From the human T2T-CHM13v2.0 reference genome, Homo sapiens: a stretch of DNA of 64,000 bases. The DNA is taken from assembly GCF_009914755.1 (NCBI RefSeq), contig NC_060925.1. One strand, written 5' to 3'. This document shows, piece by piece, positions 41,804 to 56,121 of the stretch. The translations under genes and the position numbers were made by a program. The first letter of the stretch is position 1, and each line of letters begins with the position of its first letter. The notes under the pieces are model-generated. The model was not told the origin of the DNA. It worked only from the letters and a program-made list of their open reading frames with translations, and made no database searches.

Positions 41804-44800
41804 AGTTTCCATTTTGTAGTTTAGGCAACTTAAAATTAAGTTATTTTTCTAAGGTCACAAAGCTGGTAGAATCAAAACTAAAACTCAAGTTTTCTGGGTG
41901 CTGGTTCACAGTAGTGGAAGAACATGAGCTTTAGAACAGGTTAGACCTAGGTTCAAATTCCAAATTCCATCTACTAGCTGGCTGTATGTTTTGAACAAGT
42001 TAATAAATATCTGAAATCTTTTGTCCCACATTGGCTAACAATGCCTACTGTACTGTCTTGTTGGAGGAATGAGTAAGATGATGTAGGTTATGTGCCTAGT
42101 ATATAGAAGGTGTTGGGAAATGTTACATCACAGAGAGGAGGAGAGGACTGTAAAATGTTTGCTGGCAACTGCTCTGGGAAAAATCCTTCCAGGAATGATT
42201 GGAACCCAGCATGGGGAATGGGGTCACTGTCTTGGTGGAAAGGGTGGGAGATGAAGAGGAGGAAAGAGGAGGTGGTGTGGACAAGCCCTCCTATGGGGAG
42301 GTGAGGGAGGCCCCACATTCCCAGAACAGGGACCTGTGTGCTTCCTCTTTTTATCCCTCCAAAGTTCTTGAGCACTAGGTCAGAATTTAATGCACCTGCC
42401 TCTCATTCGTTATGAATAGACAGTTGCAATTCCTGGGACTGTTGGAGGTGATGGGTTTATTCTCAGAAATCTTAAAAAGGCATTTTCTGGGCACCTGAGC
42501 AAACACAAAATTATCCTGTGGAATGAGCAAGCTTCGAACGCTGAGACCCTGGGGCATCTGAAGGACCAGCTAATAACCATGTGCTAAGCAGTGTGTATTC
42601 CTAAGTTCCTCAGCTCTGCTTTTTAAAACCCCCCACCCCCCGTGCTCTGACTTGACCAAATGGTCTTCCCTCAGTGGGGTGTGTGGAAAGCAGCTGCTAT
42701 GGGAATGCACAAACCTGGGATCTGCTCTCAGGTTTGTCCTTTACTTGCTGTGTGACTTTGACCAAATCACTTCCCCTCTCTGGGCCTGGGTGTCCTCAGC
42801 TATACAATGAAGAAGCTGAACTAGATGGTCTCCACAAGATGTCTTCCAGCTGGAAATTAAATTTTCGTATAATGATTCCTGCTTCTCCAGTGCCCCTTTC
42901 TCTTTCAGCTCCACTAGCTGTTACCTCCCCACAGGGTTGTGCTGTGTGCTGCCTCTGGGCCACATCCCAGGCATGCAGTGATGGCCCATGTCCAGGGTTC
43001 CTTCCCTATGAGGGTCTGGCTCCTGGCCTGCAGGGTCTGCCAAGACACCCTGACTTCATGCAGATTACATTTTTGTCTTTTCTAAAAGTGAAAGACGAAA
43101 AGGTTGCCTGAGTTTGCCCAGGGTGGAGACAGCCTGACCTGGAGTCCTCACAGAGCCCATCCTGGCCCCTGGGAATCCACTGGAACAGGCCTGCAACCCC
43201 TCGCCTCAGGATTAAACCTGAGGGCCCACTTCTGGGGACTGAAGGTCAGGAACCTGTGAGTCTCAGCATTAGCCCTTGACAGCCCCTTAGAAGGGTCACC
43301 AGCTTAAAGGGAAGGAAGAGTGCTTATCAGGACAAAGAGGGGCCCTCAGTTCCAGCAGGGCCAGCTGGTCTGGCCCAAGACAGGAGGATTAAACAGAATT
43401 CTTGGATGTTCAATGCGGCTCCATGGGGACCTCTAGCGGCTGTTTTGTCGAACTGCGGTCTCCAGCCTTCCCAGCCTCAGGACATTCCACACCTGGATGG
43501 ATACTAAGTAATACCAATAACCAACATCTATCCTAGGCAGCGTCCCTGATTCACAGAGGGGAACCTCTTGAGGAGCACTTGCCTAAGGCCACCTGGCTAA
43601 GTGGTTGAGCAGGGATTTGAACGCTGCCGCTTGACTTCAGAGTTCATACTGCCTGCCCTCAAAGATGTGAGTGTGCTCCTCATGAAAACCTGGTGTTTTC
43701 CAGCACATGGCACTTGCCAATTCTATACGATGCACCTTTAAAACAAGTGAGAAGACATCTCTCCAAAGGACCCATGTGCCACCAGCAGTTGAGGGGTCAC
43801 TGGATTCTTGGAGACAGAGCTAGGTTGAAGGGATGGGTCTGACACGTGTAAACTTGCCCAAGGTAACCATTTGCGAATCCAACCTCCTCCACGAAATAAA
43901 AATAAAGAGTGTCCTGCCTATCTCTAGGGCTTGTTGCAAGAGTTAGCTGAAACGCCACGATTGAACATATTTTATAAAATTAAGTAATTTGATGATTATA
44001 ACTTTTATTTTTGTGAAAACAACCTGTAGTTACCAACCGATATTTGAAGCTAAAGAAAAAAAATGCAACCAGTATTTATGGAATGTTTGATATATTGGAT
44101 AGTGTTCTGTGTACTTTTTACGTATTAGCTCGAACTTTTTCCTACAAACCAGGGAGGCAGGTCCTATTTTTATTCTCCATTTTACTGATGAAAACCCTGC
44201 AGCCCACACAGGGGAGGCACCTTGTCCATGATGAAATAGTGATGGAACGAGGATGTGTTCCTATGCAGCCCCACTGCAGAGCCAGTGTGCTTGATTTTGA
44301 CACTTACTCTGCTGTTCTTCAAGGATACATTCCAGTCTCCCAGAGAGGATGCAATGAGGACCCCCAGAGCTTGAGGATGCCTCTCCTACTGGCCCTAACA
44401 AGGATCACTGCTGTGTCAGGCACTGTGCTAAGTGATTTGTGGACATTTTTGCTAATCTGTACTCCCACCTGTGAAGTATTGCCCTTGCTTTACAGATGGG
44501 GTCTAAGGCTCTGAGAAGTAGAATGATTTGCCCAGGGCCACGTGCAGCAAGTGCACAACTAGCTCAGAACCCAGTGCTCTCGCAGCCGAACCGCTCCTAA
44601 CCTCCGCTATACTGCTCCTGCTTGGCTGCTCCCCCCATCCATCCACCGGTGGGGCCCCCCACAGCCCAGGGCTCCCTTGGGCTCTGTTCACACTCTTTTT
44701 GCCCTCTCTGGGATTCCATGCATAGGAAGCAAAAACTTCTAAAGTAAGAAATGGCCCGAAAGCCAGGTGCCACCAACCCATAAAGTGTCATTTTTAGGAA

Positions 44801-45065
44801 AGATGCCCTTTGGGGTGATGCTGCTCACACCAGGACAAAGGCATGAGCTCAGGCTGGGTTTCAGCCCCTGCTTCCCTGTCAGCTGGGGCCTTTGTGCAGG
44901 ATACAACCTGCAAAAGCGTGTCGTAAAACCACAGTCTAGAGCAGGAATGGACTAGAAACCATTGAGGATAAATCTTCTTGCGTGGGTGGGCCTGGGAGTT
45001 ATCAAAGGAGGAAAGGTTTGGGATGAACAAAGCAGCCTTATCATTTATTCTCTTCCAAACACAAT

Positions 45066-45754
<689 letters not shown>

Positions 45755-48700
45755 AAGATAAATCCCAGGGTCACAGATGACTCTTGGCAACCAAATAGGA
45801 GAGTTTGTGTTGACCGACTCTGGGCATGCATATAATGTGCTGAATTCCCCTTCTCAGAGCAGCCGTAAAGAGAGAGAGGAGACTGTGTCTTGGTTAAGCT
45901 GCTCTGCCCTCATTCCATGCTCAAAAGCGTATTTGAGCAGCGTCTATACATCAGGCTTTGGGAACAGAACAATGAGACATAGTCCGCCAAATCTGAAAAA
46001 TCAAAGACATGATAATTAACTCACTTCGAAATCCCTTGCTTCCTCATGGAACGTTTGTGGCAGAGTTGCTCAGCGTGCCCACAAGACAGATGTCTCCATC
46101 CAAGCCTGTAATGTGGAATGCCATTCCTTAATGGAGGCTGATGTCTGGGGTGCCAAGCAAAGTCTCCTTGAGATTTGCCAAGTGCTTGGGATTAAATGTG
46201 CCTTCACTGAAACAAATCACTTCATTCTAAGTCACACAGCAAGTTGGAGGTCCAACCTCCATCTTCCACTATATTCACTAAAGTACAAAGTCTGTAAGCA
46301 AAACGTTTGTTAAAATTTCATTGAGGGGTTACTCCACGTAATGGAATATTGACACTTGGTGTTTTGGGGCTACAGTGATAAATATATCAGATGCAGACTC
46401 GGCCTTCAAAGGACTACCTACTCCTGAAAAGTGAGGGAGATGAGGAGGTAGGAGATGCCTGGCTAAGGGAGGAGCATGTGGAAAAGTCCAAAGGGAAAAG
46501 TTTGGGGTATAACCAGATCAGATTGGCTGGTCATGGCATAGGATACACTGAGGAATGGCAGATAATGTTGGGAGAGCCAGCTGAAGTTTTATTGTGGTGG
46601 GACTTGAGAATCTAGCTAAGGAGTGTGTGTGTGTGTGTTAGACAACCTCCAAAGGTTATGAGAATATTATCAGAACCATGCTTCTTTGCCAATTCCAATC
46701 CCTCAAGTTCAAGCTAAGGGATACAGAGTGTCTCTCAGACAGACTGTCCAGCAGGCTAGGCCGATGGCCCTAACTCACTTACATCCTCACTTCTGAGAAA
46801 GCTATGCTTAGATTTGGGTTCACATCTAGACTACAAAAGCTAAGCATAATTTGGGTTTGTCATCCAAAAAAGTGAAGAACATTATACACAAAATGCATTC
46901 TAAAGGATTAAAAAGTATAAAAATTAAACATAACAATTTGAAAATCTGAACTGACATTTATCAAATTTCTCAAAGGAAACAAACATACCAAGTTTAAAGG
47001 AAATTAAACTTAAAGAAGTCAAGGGAAAAATATTATGTTAATTTCTTCTATAGAAATGGAAAATCTATAGGTTTTAAACAAAATAACTTAAAAGGAAAAC
47101 TGAGTATTAGCAACAAATTTACTAACTAAATGATTTCATAGACTGAATATACAGAATTCAGCAAGATCAATTTTTTAAAATGATCCCCCAAACATAAGTG
47201 GACAAAGAATATAAATTGACAGTTTTCAATGAGGAAAAATAAACCAAAATAAATTTTAATGTTCAATGTTATTAGTAACCTTAAGAATTGCCAATTAAAA
47301 TAACACACTATTTTAACCCATCGCAGAGTAAGCACTTTCATACACTGCTTGCAGGGCTGTTCATTGATATAAATTCTCTCCCCTCCCCCATTATTATGTA
47401 TTTTCCAAAATTTTACTGAAAACATCCTTTCAAGAAATCTCTATTGAACTCCTGAATCACCAAGCCAAACTTGTTATCTAGCTCCCTAGCACCCACTACT
47501 CATGCCCCCTCCCCACCCACAAACATAGATTAGCTCTGCATTCCTGCCTTGGTGTGTTGCGGGGTGAAGAAGAGTCAGGAAGCCTTACGCTGGCATAATC
47601 TGTGTCTCAGACAATATGACCACATGCCAATTTAGTGTGGAGTAGAAGAAATGGCCAGGATTTAAAGCCTGGAGACCAGAACTGGGTGGGCTTGGGAAAG
47701 TCACTTAACCTCTCTAGATCCTCAATTCTTTATTTTTTTTCAATTCAATTTAGAAATCTTTGTAATTTTCAGACATACACAAAAGAGAATAATAGCAAAA
47801 TGAATCTCCAGGCACCTCACCTAGCTTCAACTGTTACCATTTTGCCAGTTTCTCCTCATCTAATCCCCTATACTTTTTTCTTTGCTAGAATGTTTTAAAG
47901 CAAACACTGGACATTATAATTGATACACATTCTTAAAAGCAATTTATAACATGTACCAAAAGCTTTTGGCTTGGAAATTCCACTGCTGGGAATCTAAGGA
48001 AATAAACAGAAATGTAGAAAATATTTTATGTGTAAGACTTTTCTAAGAGGAAAAAACTGAAAGTAACCTAAATATGCAAAAACTGGAGAAAATGCTAATA
48101 GCCTTTGGTTTTTGCCTGCTCAGTGTTCCTTCAGTTCGCATAAGCACTCTTTTCATTGCAGGAGTCCCCCTTCTACATTCTCCCAGTCTCTGTGATTCTG
48201 ATGGTGCTGAGTGAACCCGCAACTCCAGGAGAAGCCACACTACTCAAGTTCGGCCAAAGAGGGCACCCCATTCCCAGACACAGTGATTATTCGGGAATGG
48301 CTAGGGCCCAGCTAGGAAGGACACATCCTCTTGGTGGTAAGATTGCTGGCTGCAATGAAAACTAACACGGCAGAAAGAGGAGCCAGGAAATGAAAGCCAA
48401 GTTCTGAATAATATAAGATCAATGAACTCTTTTTGTTTAAACAACTTTGACTTAGGTTTCTTGTCACTAGCAACAGAGTCCCAATGCAGACCATTATTTG
48501 GTGGCCTGCTTATATTGATCTGATGAAATATTCTGCAGCCATTCTCAGCCATCCTCGTGAATGGCTTCTAGGAACACGGTTGTTTATGATAAAGTGAAAG
48601 AAGCATGATACACATTCATTAAACAGCAAGATCTTGACTATGTTTAAACATCACTCCCAAGAAAACACACCCAAAATATTAGCAACCATGCTGGTTGGTG

Positions 48701-49231
48701 AGGTTATAAATGTCAAACTTTTTATTCTCCACATTTCCTATACAAATGTCTTACAATAAATCTTAAAGAAAAAACTGAAAAATTTACATTTTACTGATTT
48801 GTACCCCCCTTAATTCCAAAAGGAATTATAATTAAATTATAATTGTCTTCTCTAATAATATTTATAGAACACTTGGTTTTGAAGTGACAGTTTGGAATTC
48901 CCCTAGGAAACACTGACCAACCAGCATTACACAAATTAGAGCATTATTTCCTCAGTACTAAAACTGAAAAACATGCTCCCTTAAAAGAAAGTAGTCTCCT
49001 TTTCAATTACTTTGTGATCTTCAGTCTAAATACTACTAAGAAGGGAACATCACACTAGCAACCTCCTCAGAATATCTGATGCATTTATTTCATTGAACTT
49101 CGTCACATTTCATAAAGATTTTTCTCCACTCCCCCACATACCTGTCAAGGACTTTGAACCTGGACTAGAAGACAGAATAAACTATGATTATTGGCCATGG
49201 TTGGTAAAGACAAATGGCCTTGACCAGCTGA

Positions 49232-49628
<397 letters not shown>

Positions 49629-49840
49629 CCTCTTTACACTTTTATCTTTCTCTATCAGGGCCTGTCCTGCTCTCTGCACCAAGGCTGACTCCCCCTCCCC
49701 ACCCCAGTCTAAGATACTCATCTCCTAGCTGTTTGAGCCCAGGGATCTGTTCTCCTTCTGCAGCAGGTGGGGTGCAAGGAGACCAGAAGCCTGATGTAGA
49801 AGCACATGGTGTGGAGGGAATGATAAACCCAGGAAAACCT

Positions 49841-49880
<40 letters not shown>
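49841..49880. repeat. (AGC)13 / (CTG)n trinucleotide microsatellite
   Basis: Uninterrupted agc x13 plus one a. Confidence 0.97.
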
Positions 49881-49881
<1 letters not shown>

Positions 49882-50008
49882 ATCAGGCCTCTGCTTCTCC
49901 TCTTGCCCCTGCTGAGCTGCATTTACTCCAGCTCCTAACCCAGAGCATTATTCCTAGGGGCTTGATTTGGCTGTGTAAGAAACCCAAACTTGCACAAAGA
50001 GTAGTCCA

Positions 50009-50023
50009 GTGCCCCCTAGTGGC
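50009..50023 (-). promoter_or_regulatory. Candidate CTCF site
   Basis: The minus strand reads GCCACTAGGGGGCAC, a near-perfect match to the CCASYAGRKGGCRS core. Confidence 0.65.
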
Positions 50024-50449
50024 TAACTGGAATATTAACAGTGACATATTCTGGCACATTCAATTATAAAAGAATCTGCCTGCTGTGAAACACTGGTTGA
50101 CTTTACTCTGTATGATAACTAGATCTTACCTGAATGTCGATATGTATTTATGTGGTTCCAAATGCTGGAGAAAAAACTCACTAAGTGGGTAAAGGGAGAA
50201 AACCAAATAGCTGCCCTCAACCTAATTCTATCACAAGGTACACTGGCAACCAAATCCCTGAGGCAGAACCTGTGACAAAGGCTAGATCTGGCCATGCCCA
50301 GAATTTTAGGACACAATGAGCTTTTTGCCAATTAGAAAGAGTGGTATTATTCACTTCAAGTTTTGAAACAGCCAGTGACTGATTTAGGAACATGCTATTT
50401 CGACAGTAGACAATAAAACAAAGTGTAATAAATATTAATGTCTATGTTT

Positions 50450-50493
50450 AAGAAAACGAATCCAACACATTTCATTAAAATAATTCTTTTAAT
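50450..50493 (-). terminator. CREG1: CREG1 polyadenylation signal ATTAAA with downstream GU/U-rich element
   Basis: Plus-strand TTTAAT at 50488-50493 (ATTAAA on minus), followed ~20 nt later by TGTGTTGGATTCGTTTTC on the minus strand. Confidence 0.7.
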
Positions 50494-51754
50494 TATTGAT
50501 GCTTTGAATAAGAAGTCCATTTTACTAAATTTAGTATAAATTATTTTTCTTAAACAGAACCTGTTTGCTGGATCTCAGTTAAGTTCACTTTGCAGTTTTC
50601 AGACACAATGACTCATATTCAACTTTTCTCTTTAAGGATTCAGTGGCTTGATTCCTGACATTTCCTCTTTAAGAGGAATCTTATGTCATCTTCTGAAATC
50701 ATGTATATGGGTAATAATATTAGTGTCTTCTCTTCTGAAGATGTGATTCTTTTAATGCCATGTTCTCTTCCCTCTGGTGACCTGACTTAGATTGTAGCAG
50801 CACTAGAAGCTATTAAGAGATTTGGGGCAGTTGAGGAAGCCTTAGGTAATTGTTAAGAGTAGAAGTATTTTTAAAAAGCTGTGGAGAGTGGTTTGGGAGG
50901 GGATTTTGTCCCTGGCTGAAGCTGGTCCATGCCTGGGTAAACTTTACTTATAAAAGAATACCAGGAACACACAAAATATTCTTCTCCTCTTTCTTTTGCA
51001 ATCCAGTTTTGGAGCCAAAAAATAATCTGTGTGCACATGTGTTTTGATAATACTGTCTCGACTTAGGTGGGGAAATTAAATTCAGGAGTTTTATGACTTT
51101 CTTTTGTTCTGAGTATCACTTTAGAGTATAAAAAGTTTTTCAAAAGTTCTTTATCAGAAATAGTTTCACCCTATGTTGAATTAACAATACCCAGGATTGT
51201 GAGACATAAATCAACATGAGTAGGAAGCTCCATCTGAGTTTCATCATTGTTTGTCTATCTTGGCAAGATTTATTCAGAAGCACCATAATGGGGGCCAATC
51301 CTTTTGCACCAGGCTCAGGCAGCTCAGGAGGCAGCTGTGGTGAGTGATGCACTCTACCAAGCACAGTGGCTTCTAGGAATAAAGAACACATACTCAACTA
51401 CCTTCAAATGCCAATGGGCAATTTAAAACTGGTACTCATTCCTCTTCAAGAGCACCACTGGAAACATCTTTGGAATTGATGGGACAAAACTTATTTGATT
51501 ATAGTGAAGGATATTTCTCTACGAAAATGGCTTCAAAATAGGAAAAAAGTAGCTACCACATCTTCCAGGAAATCCAATAACAGGTCAACTCTATTGGTAA
51601 ACAAGCAAGTAAACAAGCAAGCAAACAAACCAGCATGTGACAGAAAACTGGCTAATATTCTGGGACGCTTTCCAGAGAAACATTAAGCCTTTTAAGTGTG
51701 TATGAGCCACTTTAAGAAACTTCATAAGTGTTGCTAAATTCACCACAGTCTGCT
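50470..51754 (-). other. CREG1: CREG1 3' UTR (~1.3 kb)
   Basis: Repeat-free AT-rich sequence from the stop codon to an ATTAAA signal. The 3' end is approximate. Confidence 0.8.
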
Positions 51755-51758
51755 TCAC
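51755..51758 (-). CDS. CREG1: CREG1 exon 4 coding part (G + TGA stop)
   Basis: Polypyrimidine acceptor TCTTCTCTGTTCCCCTTTCTAG|GTGA completes CAG(Gln220)-TGA. Total CDS 663 nt = 220 aa. Confidence 0.9.
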
Positions 51759-52422
51759 CTAGAAAGGGGAACAGAGAAGAATTATTTTGTTAAACTGGGT
51801 TAACAAATCTTAAAAATTAATTCATTCTAGGGAAGGACTAGATAAAATTTCTGATCTAAATTAAGATTTTCAGTTCATTTCAACCACTAGAATATACTAA
51901 ATAACCACTTGGGTTTGTTAAAATGCAGACTCCTGAGTTTCGGTTTCAATAGGTTGAGGGTGGGGCCTAGGAATCCTCATTTTAGCAATAACCCTCCTCT
52001 CCAAGTATGATTCTGACACACTGATAAACGCTACTAGGATGTAGCAAGAAGCAGGCCACTGCCGTGGCTGCTGTTGTTATCTCATTTAAGAGTATCTGAA
52101 GGCTTAAAAGACAAAAATAGTTGAGAACAGAAGGGGTCCTGAACATCAGGGCAGAAGAGCAGTGATTAGCCATTGCCCAGTGATAGTGACCACAGCTGGG
52201 AGGTGAACTTTCCCCCTTTCTGCTGCCACCAACCAGGGAATCCATCTCTAGGTATCAAGACTGGGCAAGTCTGTAATCCATGACCTTTTGTTACCTGTGT
52301 GTTTGCTAGGAAATATCCGGATGTGCGCCAGAGGAGATAAAATGAGGCTTAGCACAAACATGCTGCTGCCCAGACTTAACAGTGGTCAAAAGCAATGCTT
52401 ATGCTTATAAGAACTGCTTGTT

Positions 52423-52716
52423 GGGCGGGCGCGGTGGCTCACACCTATAATCCCAGCATTTTGGGAGGCCGAGGCGGGCAGATCACGAGGTCAGGAGATT
52501 GAGACCATCCTGGCTGACATGATGAAACCCTGCCTCTACTAAAAATACAAAAAATTAGCCAGGCGTGGTGGCAGGTGCCTGTGGTCCCAGCTGCTCAGGA
52601 GGCTGAGGCAGGAGAATGGCATGAACCCAGGAGGCAGAGCTTACAGTGAGCTGAGATCGCACCACCACACTCCAGCCTGAGCAACAGAGTGAGACTCCAT
52701 CTCAAAAAAAAAAAAA
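52423..52716 (+). mobile_element. AluY in CREG1 intron 3
   Basis: TSD aagaactgctt. Confidence 0.93.
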
Positions 52717-55000
52717 GAACTGCTTATTCCAGGGTGCCAGCAAATGCTTCGTGTAGACATTTAAGCCTTCCACTGATCATGCAAACATGCTCATGGGGTC
52801 TTCACCCAACAGTCCAATGAGGCAAACCACATTCAGTTAAGCTCCGTATCAGCTCTCACAAGTGGCAGTCTCCATCTGTGTGAAACAGATTTCAGATGCA
52901 GAGGGCTTCGTGGTATTTGGAGGAATAATACCTTCCAAAACCGATCTGGGCAAGCCAAGCAAGGTGGCTGCCAATGTGGGGAAGCTCCAGAACGCCTGTG
53001 AGGCCCCTGTGGGTGGTTCTCCAAGAAGATGGGGGCCCTGGTCCTCACAGATATCACTGTACACTCCCCGGACTATTAAACAGCTCTGGTGGCAAACCTG
53101 GCGGGTGGGATTAGTGGGGGCACTCCTAGACTCGGAGATGGACAATTCCTAGCCAGAGGCACCCGGTCAGAGCGGGCAGCTTTCAGGCCCTGCCCATCCC
53201 TCGGGTTCTGGTGCACTGCCTCAGAAGAGTCACATCTGCTCTAGCCTTTGGGCCGCCTCTCAGGACAAGGGAAAAATGTTCTATCTCTGTGCTGCAGAGA
53301 AGTGCTCCTTTGTCAGCATAATAAAGTGGGAACCTCAAAAGTATCTGTTTTACTCACTTATTCAGTGTGGAGACTTACGGGAAAACAGTTTTATTTTGTT
53401 ATTAAACCAGGCACTGCCTTTGGGCATGTTATTTATATAAAGATAACTGCGCTTTAGAGATTATGTCCTGTGAAAGTAAACTTTAACTTCGAAGAGCAGG
53501 CCCTTCTTAACAGTCATCCTGATAATTTGTTGCCAGGGAATAAAGTTGTAATTGCTACCTCTATATTCCTATGAAGTCAGATGGCTTTGCCAGCCCAGAA
53601 GACGACCAGTGGCCCGTGCCTCTCCTGCATGCACAGTAGCAAAACAAGCGCCAGGACTGTGGGATTCTTTATTCCAACAGAGTGTGAGAGTGTTTGTCTC
53701 AAGTAATGAGCCAGACAATCATTCCTAAACACCTGCTCTATGACACACACTGTCCTAGGCCCTGCTTGGAATTAAAAAAAATTAGAAACAAAACAAAACT
53801 GAGATTTCCAATCATGGTAGGGAGTCAATAGTTCAACACGGAATTGTTCTACAATTGAAAAAGACAGAGATTAAATAAATGCTAAGAATTTAAGCCCTCA
53901 AATGACCTACAACCTACAAGTCTACCTTAGTTATCATCACCGTAATCTCCTGAAACAGCAGTCAATCATTACAAGCAGAAAGTGCATTATAAATTACACT
54001 GAGCTAGGAGCCTGGCCAGCTACCAGTGAGGCAGCCAGAGGAGAAGTACAGCATCATGGATAGAAGTCAGGTGATGGCTCTGGAGCAAGAATGCCTGGGT
54101 TTGAGTCCCAGCACCACCACTTCCTGGCTGCAAGAACAAACAGTTTAGGCCAGTTTGTTCTCTGTGCATCAGCTTTCCATTTCACACATGTGGAAAAACA
54201 GCACCTACCTGTTGCGGTGGAAGGTTGCGCAAGAAAGGGATGTGGTGAGAACTGAATGAGTTAATACATGAAAAGTAGCCAGTATAGCACCCAGCCAGTA
54301 ATAAACAATGGACACTAGCTGTTATTGTTACTGTTCTTATCACCTCCCCAGATATGCCAGAATTCCCTGTGTCACCTGGGAGAAGCACCAGTCCCTTGTA
54401 TTCCCTCATTTGAACCCTTAGCTAACTCCAAAGACTCCAGTTACACTCTTCTTTCCTTTCCCTTTCTGTCTTCAGGTCCTGGGCTTTATTTTCTCCCATG
54501 GCCTCTTTTATCTCAGCCTCCTCCCTTCCATGCACTTCTTAGTGGGATAAACCACACATCCCCATAGGCATTTGTAGTACTGGGGCTGATGGGATGGGGT
54601 TACTTGCTCAGACTCAGATGAAGGGCATTCACAGTCCAGGAGCACCTGAGTCTAAGCCTCATGAGAAAATGCCATCGTGGGTCATAACTGGGCTCTGTTC
54701 AGGGCCCAATAAGCACAGCCTTAAAATGGAGTCTCAACCTGGTGTCCAGGCCTGTAGACAGAGTTCAGGGGTCTGCGAACTTGGCTCAAAAAAATTTTTT
54801 TTTCATTTTCATTAGGCTCTAACTGAATGTATCATTTCCTTCAATAATGAATGTAGGGAATAAACCACAGGGTGACAGCCTATCTGTGACTGTCTCCAAC
54901 AGAAATAGAGAAATCACAGATACATTCATATCATGTCACAGGTGTTGCAGATGTCTTAAAATATTGTCTTCAATCCTCACTACTTTAAAAGCACAGAAAA

Positions 55001-55276
55001 GGCCAGGCATGGTCGCTCATGCCTGTAATCCTAGCACTTTGGGAGGCTGAGGCAGGCAGACTGCCTGAGCTCAGGAGTTCGACACCACCCTCTTTATGAA
55101 AATACAAAAAATCAGCTGGGTGTGGTGGTCTATGCCTGTATTCCCAGCTGCTTGGGAGGCTTGAGGCATAAGAATCGTTTGAACCCAGTAGGTGGAGGCT
55201 GCAATGAGCTGAGATGGTGCCACTGCACTCAGCCTGGGTGACAGAGTAAGACTCTGTCTTGAAAAAAAAAGAAAAA
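55001..55276 (+). mobile_element. Alu (with internal deletion) in CREG1 intron 3, within a probable DNA-transposon fragment
   Basis: Alu consensus match. Confidence 0.85.
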
Positions 55277-55556
55277 GTAATAGACTTATTACTAGATCTT
55301 ATATTTAATATATTAATAAAACGATTATACCACACATTTACAAATATTTTCATAAATGTATTTCATTATAGTTGATTTTCTTCTTAATCCTCTGTATTTT
55401 ATGTGTTTAAAACATTATTCTGAGAAGGGGTCAGCGGCTTTACCAGACTGCCCAGGGTGTCCAGGGCACATGAAACGGTTAAACCCCCCTCGCCTTAGAA
55501 GGCTGAGGATGGCTGTAAGGGCGGCAATCTTAGGTGAAAGATGTGTAAGTACTTAC

Positions 55557-55741
55557 TGAACTGTGACATTATAATATTCTTCTGGTGTCACGATTTTTGG
55601 TCCACCAAAGTAGTCCAGGACCCAGATATTGGTTATATTCAACTTAGCAAAGAACCAATTATGGCTGGAAGGCCAGGTTTTCATCTCAGGGTGTCGAATG
55701 AATAACGAATGCTTTGCAATATCCATTTCTGTTTCATTCAC
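55557..55741 (-). CDS. CREG1: CREG1 exon 3 (VNETEMDIAK...EEYYNVTV-CA); carries the N-glycosylation sequons N160, N193, N216
   Basis: Acceptor CCTTTAG| and donor CA|GTAAGT; 185 nt. NET, NIT and NVT sequons are visible. Confidence 0.96.
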
Positions 55742-55817
55742 CTAAAGGACATATATGAAATAAACATTCTTATGGCAGTAACACTTTATCTTCTCATTTG
55801 TTAAGAATGTGTGATTA

Positions 55818-56121
<304 letters not shown>

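Noticed and set aside
49642-49915. Poly-Leu and poly-Ser ORFs resembling a signal peptide
   Set aside because: Produced by the (AGC)13 repeat; non-ATG starts and no splice support.
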